A stretch of 63,836 nt of DNA, counting the filler. It is 11 parts of 11 records of this genome, joined end to end, with 100 filler letters (N's around TTAATTAATTAA, not from the genome) between each part and the next. Parts side by side here need not be neighbours in the genome. Positions count along the whole stretch, not along the records: positions 55,759 to 61,546 come from SRR11831585_326; positions 61,647 to 63,836 come from SRR11831585_339; 9 more parts are not named here. One strand, 5' to 3'. The notes under the pieces were generated by a model. It searched no databases. It was given only the letters and a program-made list of their open reading frames with translations, and was not told where the DNA came from. A program made the translations under genes and the position numbers. Positions 59,801 to 63,836 of the stretch are shown here, piece after piece (within the stretch, counting starts at the first letter, position 1; every line of letters starts with the position of its first letter).

Positions 59801-61546
59801 TCGGTTACACTGCCGATTGGCGATTTTAACGGTGAATTGCGCGTCATGGCGCAAGCCTGGACGGCAGATGACTTCGGTAGCAACGAAAGTAAAGTGATAG
59901 TTGCCGCACCGGTGATTGCTGAACTGAACATGCCGCGCTTTATGGCGAGTGGCGATACCTCGCGTCTGACGCTGGATATCACTAATCTTACCGATAAACC
60001 GCAAAAACTGAACGTTGCCCTGACCGCCAGTGGTTTGCTTGAACTGGTCAGCGATTCACCCGCAGCCGTTGAATTAGCGCCAGGTGTGCGTACTACGCTG
60101 TTTATCCCGGTGCGAGCATTGCCGGGTTATGGCGATGGAGAAATTCAGGCCACCATTAGCGGGTTAGCGTTACCGGGTGAAACCGTTGCCGATCAGCATA
60201 AGCAGTGGAAAATCGGCGTCCGTCCGGCGTTCCCGGCACAAACGGTTAATTACGGTACGGCGTTACAGCCTGGTGAGACATGGGCGATTCCGGCGGATGG
60301 ATTGCAAAACTTCTCGCCTGTTACGCTGGAAGGGCAATTGTTGTTGAGCGGCAAACCACCGCTGAACATCGCACGTTATATCAAAGAGTTAAAAGCGTAT
60401 CCGTACGGCTGTCTTGAGCAAACCGCCAGCGGCCTGTTTCCGTCACTTTATACCAACGCAGCCCAACTGCAGGCGTTGGGCATCAAAGGCGACAGTGATG
60501 AGAAACGCCGTGCATCGGTCGATATCGGCATTTCCCGTTTGCTGCAAATGCAACGTGATAACGGCGGCTTTGCGCTGTGGGATAAAAACGGTGACGAAGA
60601 GTACTGGCTGACGGCTTACGTGATGGATTTCCTGGTCCGCGCAGGCGAACAGGGTTACAGCGTGCCGACAGACGCCATTAACCGGGGTAATGAGCGTCTG
60701 CTGCGCTATTTACAAGATCCGGGCATGATGTCGATCCCGTACGCGGATAATCTCAAAGCCAGTAAATTCGCCGTACAGTCTTACGCTGCGCTGGTGTTGG
60801 CCCGTCAGCAAAAGGCTCCGCTGGGTGCGCTGCGTGAAATCTGGGAGCATCGTGCAGATGCCGCTTCTGGTTTACCGCTGCTGCAACTTGGCGTTGCGCT
60901 GAAAACCATGGGTGATGCGACGCGTGGTGAAGAAGCGATTGCGCTGGCGCTGAAAACGCCGCGTAATAGTGATGAGCGGATATGGCTGGGTGATTACGGT
61001 AGTTCACTGCGCGACAACGCGTTAATGCTCTCCTTGCTGGAAGAAAATAAACTGCTACCCGATGAGCAGTACACTTTGCTGAACACACTTTCGCAGCAGG
61101 CGTTTGGTGAACGCTGGCTATCGACGCAGGAAAGTAACGCGTTGTTCCTGGCTGCCCGTACGATTCAGGATTTACCCGGTAAATGGCAGGCGCAAACCTC
61201 TTTCTCAGCTGAGCAGCTGACAGGCGAGAAAGCGCAAAACAGCAATCTGAATAGCGATCAACTTGTCACCTTGCAGGTGAGCAACAGTGGCGATCAGCCG
61301 TTATGGTTGCGTATGGATGCCAGCGGTTATCCGCAATCCGCACCTTTACCGGCGAACAATGTGCTGCAAATCGAGCGTCATATTCTTGGTACTGATGGTA
61401 AGAGCAAATCGCTGGACTCGTTACGTAGCGGCGATCTGGTGCTGGTGTGGTTGCAGGTAAAAGCCAGTAACAGCGTGCCGGATGCGTTAGTCGTGGATCT
61501 GCTGCCTGCGGGTCTGGAACTGGAAAACCAGAATCTGGCGAACGGT
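56852..61546 (+). CDS. yfhM: bacterial alpha-2-macroglobulin lipoprotein (3' end cut by contig edge)
   Basis: Lipobox LAGC, thioester YPYGCLEQ; divergent from sseA. Confidence 0.96.
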
Positions 61547-61832
61547 NNNNNNNNNNNNNNNNNNNNNNNNNNNNNNNNNNNNNNNNNNNNTTAATTAATT
61601 AANNNNNNNNNNNNNNNNNNNNNNNNNNNNNNNNNNNNNNNNNNNNGTGTGTGTGTGCATGTGTGCGTGTGTGTGTATGTGTGCATGTGCGTGTGTGTAT
61701 GCGTGCGTGTGTGCCTGCGTGTGCGCGTGTGTGTATGTTCTGTCTGTAGTGCGCACGGGGCATGGTACTGTTTGTTTTGTGTAGTGCTTCGCAGCGTATC
61801 TTTCTCATATCTCACTGTAATCTGTGCTACAG

Positions 61833-63836
61833 CGACGGCCGGTTCGGTCCCTATGTCTTCTACAACTTATTGCATGGCCGCGAATCCCGAACAGGAGGTC
61901 AATCATATGCGAATGTTATGGAGGCACAAGCCTGCGCTGTTCTGTTCAAGGTACGTTCAGGGTGCATGACCCGTTGTGTGTGTGTGTGATGTACGTATCT
62001 CGGCCGTGTGTGTATGTGTGTGTGTGTCTTTAGCGCTGTTTTACACGCACAGGCTTTGTACAGTCCTCAATAGTGCATGTTGATCTCATTGCTCTTTCGT
62101 TTTCTCGTCGGCATATGTATTATGGGCGGCTGTACGTGCGTTTTGCACTAATTACGGTGTGTCCCCTATAGGAACTGAAGGAGCGGTATTCGCGTGTGGT
62201 ATGGAAAGGACGGGTAGGGATTATTACTCCATACCGTGAACAGCTGAAGGTTCTGAAAGAGGAATTTGCGCGTTCGTTTGGGGACTACACAGCTGATGTG
62301 GAGATCAACACGGTGGACGGCTTCCAGGGACGCGAGAAAGTATGCTTGTGTTTGTGTGTGCGTGCGTTATTGTGTTGTGTTTTGTGATTTCTTTTGTGCC
62401 CTGTGTGGGTGTTGTGTGTTGTTTGCTGTTGTGTATATCCTTCCTTATGACGCGACGAATCAGTATCTCTGTGTGGATGAAACTCTCACAATACACTATC
62501 TTTTTATCGTCGCTTTATATCTGGCTACTATCTAAGTTGCCACTCCGTTTGCATCCCTCACCCTCCGTCTCTCTTTCTGTGTGTATCGCTCGATCTAATT
62601 CGTTTTTGCTCCTGTAACAGGACATTATCTTGCTGTCGTGTGTGCGTGCACACAGCCAATCCCAGACCATCGGCTTCTTAGCAGATGTTCGTCGCATGAA
62701 CGTCGCTCTTACACGCGCACGATTCTCTCTGCTGATCTTCGGGCACGCACCCTCCCTGCGTGTGAATCCGATCTGGGATACGCTGCTACAGGCATGTCAA
62801 AAAGATATGCGGCAGGTGGATTCGTTGTCAGACTTGCGAAGGCCGTTGCCGCCACGCGCAGACTCGGTACGGGATTCGTTACACTCGTTCCACGCAATCG
62901 CCGTGCTGGGTTGGCGAGACGTTGTGTGTTTCTCATTGTGCCCCTGTGTCTGTCTGTGTTTGTGTTCCTCTGTGTGTTTGCTTGGTGCCCTCTCCGTTCG
63001 TACTTCGCGCCGTACCCTTCGTATGTCTCTGTTCGTGTTCCTCCGTGTATAGCTTACCGCCCTCGTATCTATCTACGCTTTCGCACTCTGATCGCTCTTC
63101 ATAGACCCCATCCACCCAAACCACCCGCCCGCCGCCCGTCCGCAGCGCACCAGATTTGGGAGCCGCACCCGATTCCGCACGGGATAATCGCCCCAATCCC
63201 GGGCAATCCCAACCCCGTACCACCACCAGCACCACCACCACCACCGCTCGTGCACCCGCATCAGATGTGCGTTCTGCGCCTGTGGAAGCGGTAGCGAAAG
63301 AGACACGCGATCGTAAGGACCGTACAGGGCCGAATGCAGCAAGATCGCAGGCCCAACAGGGACCCCCGCGAGCGCATCGAGAATCTGACCGTTCTCGAGA
63401 CGGTGGTAGGGGTGCGGTGTCGCATCCGAATCGTGTGGAACGGTATGCGCTGTGGTGGGTGTCTGTTTATCGTGGGCCTATGTGCGCACTGTGTCGCAGG
63501 TAGCTGCGCTGTGTTCTGTATATATATCTCTCTCCCTGTGTCTGTGTCTGTACGCTGTTCACGCGCTTCCCATCGAACGCCCTTACTCACGGTGTCACCA
63601 TTCTTCAGATCTCTATCCCCTCTCAGGCCACCCCCAGGGTCGCGCCCCATCCTCTTTCAAGACCACCCCAGCGACCACCGCCCCGCACCCAAACCAGACC
63701 GCCGTGATCGCACCCCGCCTCGGGCACCCGACCCCAAACGTGTGAAACCCGCCCAGACGCCAGCTGTGGCCCCGGGCCGCAGTGGTGGTGATGGTGGTGA
63801 TGCTGCGGTACATGGGCGCGCCCGCGGGCGGTTTGC
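61833..63836 (+). CDS. eukaryotic SF1B (Upf1-like) helicase C-terminal domain, most like Sen1/senataxin, with low-complexity tail
   Basis: Exons 61833-61950, 62172-62339, 62621-62866, 63105-63442 and 63609-63836: [65 protein letters not shown]. Confidence 0.88.

Noticed and set aside
56852..61546. Thioester alpha-2-macroglobulin as a eukaryote-derived novelty
   Set aside because: It is the well-described E. coli YfhM in its normal sseA context.

Overview
This window is not one continuous locus. It is 11 unrelated contigs joined by 100-bp artificial linkers (44 N + TTAATTAATTAA + 44 N). Six contigs are Escherichia coli K-12-type chromosome: proVWX-nrdHIEF-ygaM-ygaC-alaE (1-9584); adk-htpG-recR-ybaB (9685-13410); cadCBA-dtpC-lysU-ghoTS (13511-22478); yaaA to dnaKJ, ending in an IS186 end (22579-32353); an IS5 end then lnt-ybeXYZ-miaB-ubiF-tRNAs-asnB (37935-47630); and sseA-yfhM (55759-61546). 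The E. coli looks like a laboratory strain: it has an amber-suppressor tRNA-Gln(CUA) of the supE44 type and a cadB W41-opal nonsense allele. The other five contigs (32454-34512, 34613-37834, 47731-53402, 53503-55658, 61647-63836) come from an unidentified intron-rich eukaryote using the standard genetic code. Hand splicing of GT-AG introns gives a coiled-coil protein, a tandem-MATH protein, a Ser/Thr kinase C-lobe, two divergent unknown genes and a Sen1/senataxin-like helicase. It also gives the best novelty candidate: a 20-exon, ~917-codon fragment made of ~310-325-aa tandem units, each with a TPPP/p25alpha-like module. The eukaryote's 5' splice sites follow an unusual GTRYGY consensus, with a pyrimidine at +4. 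No novel prokaryotic system is supported here.
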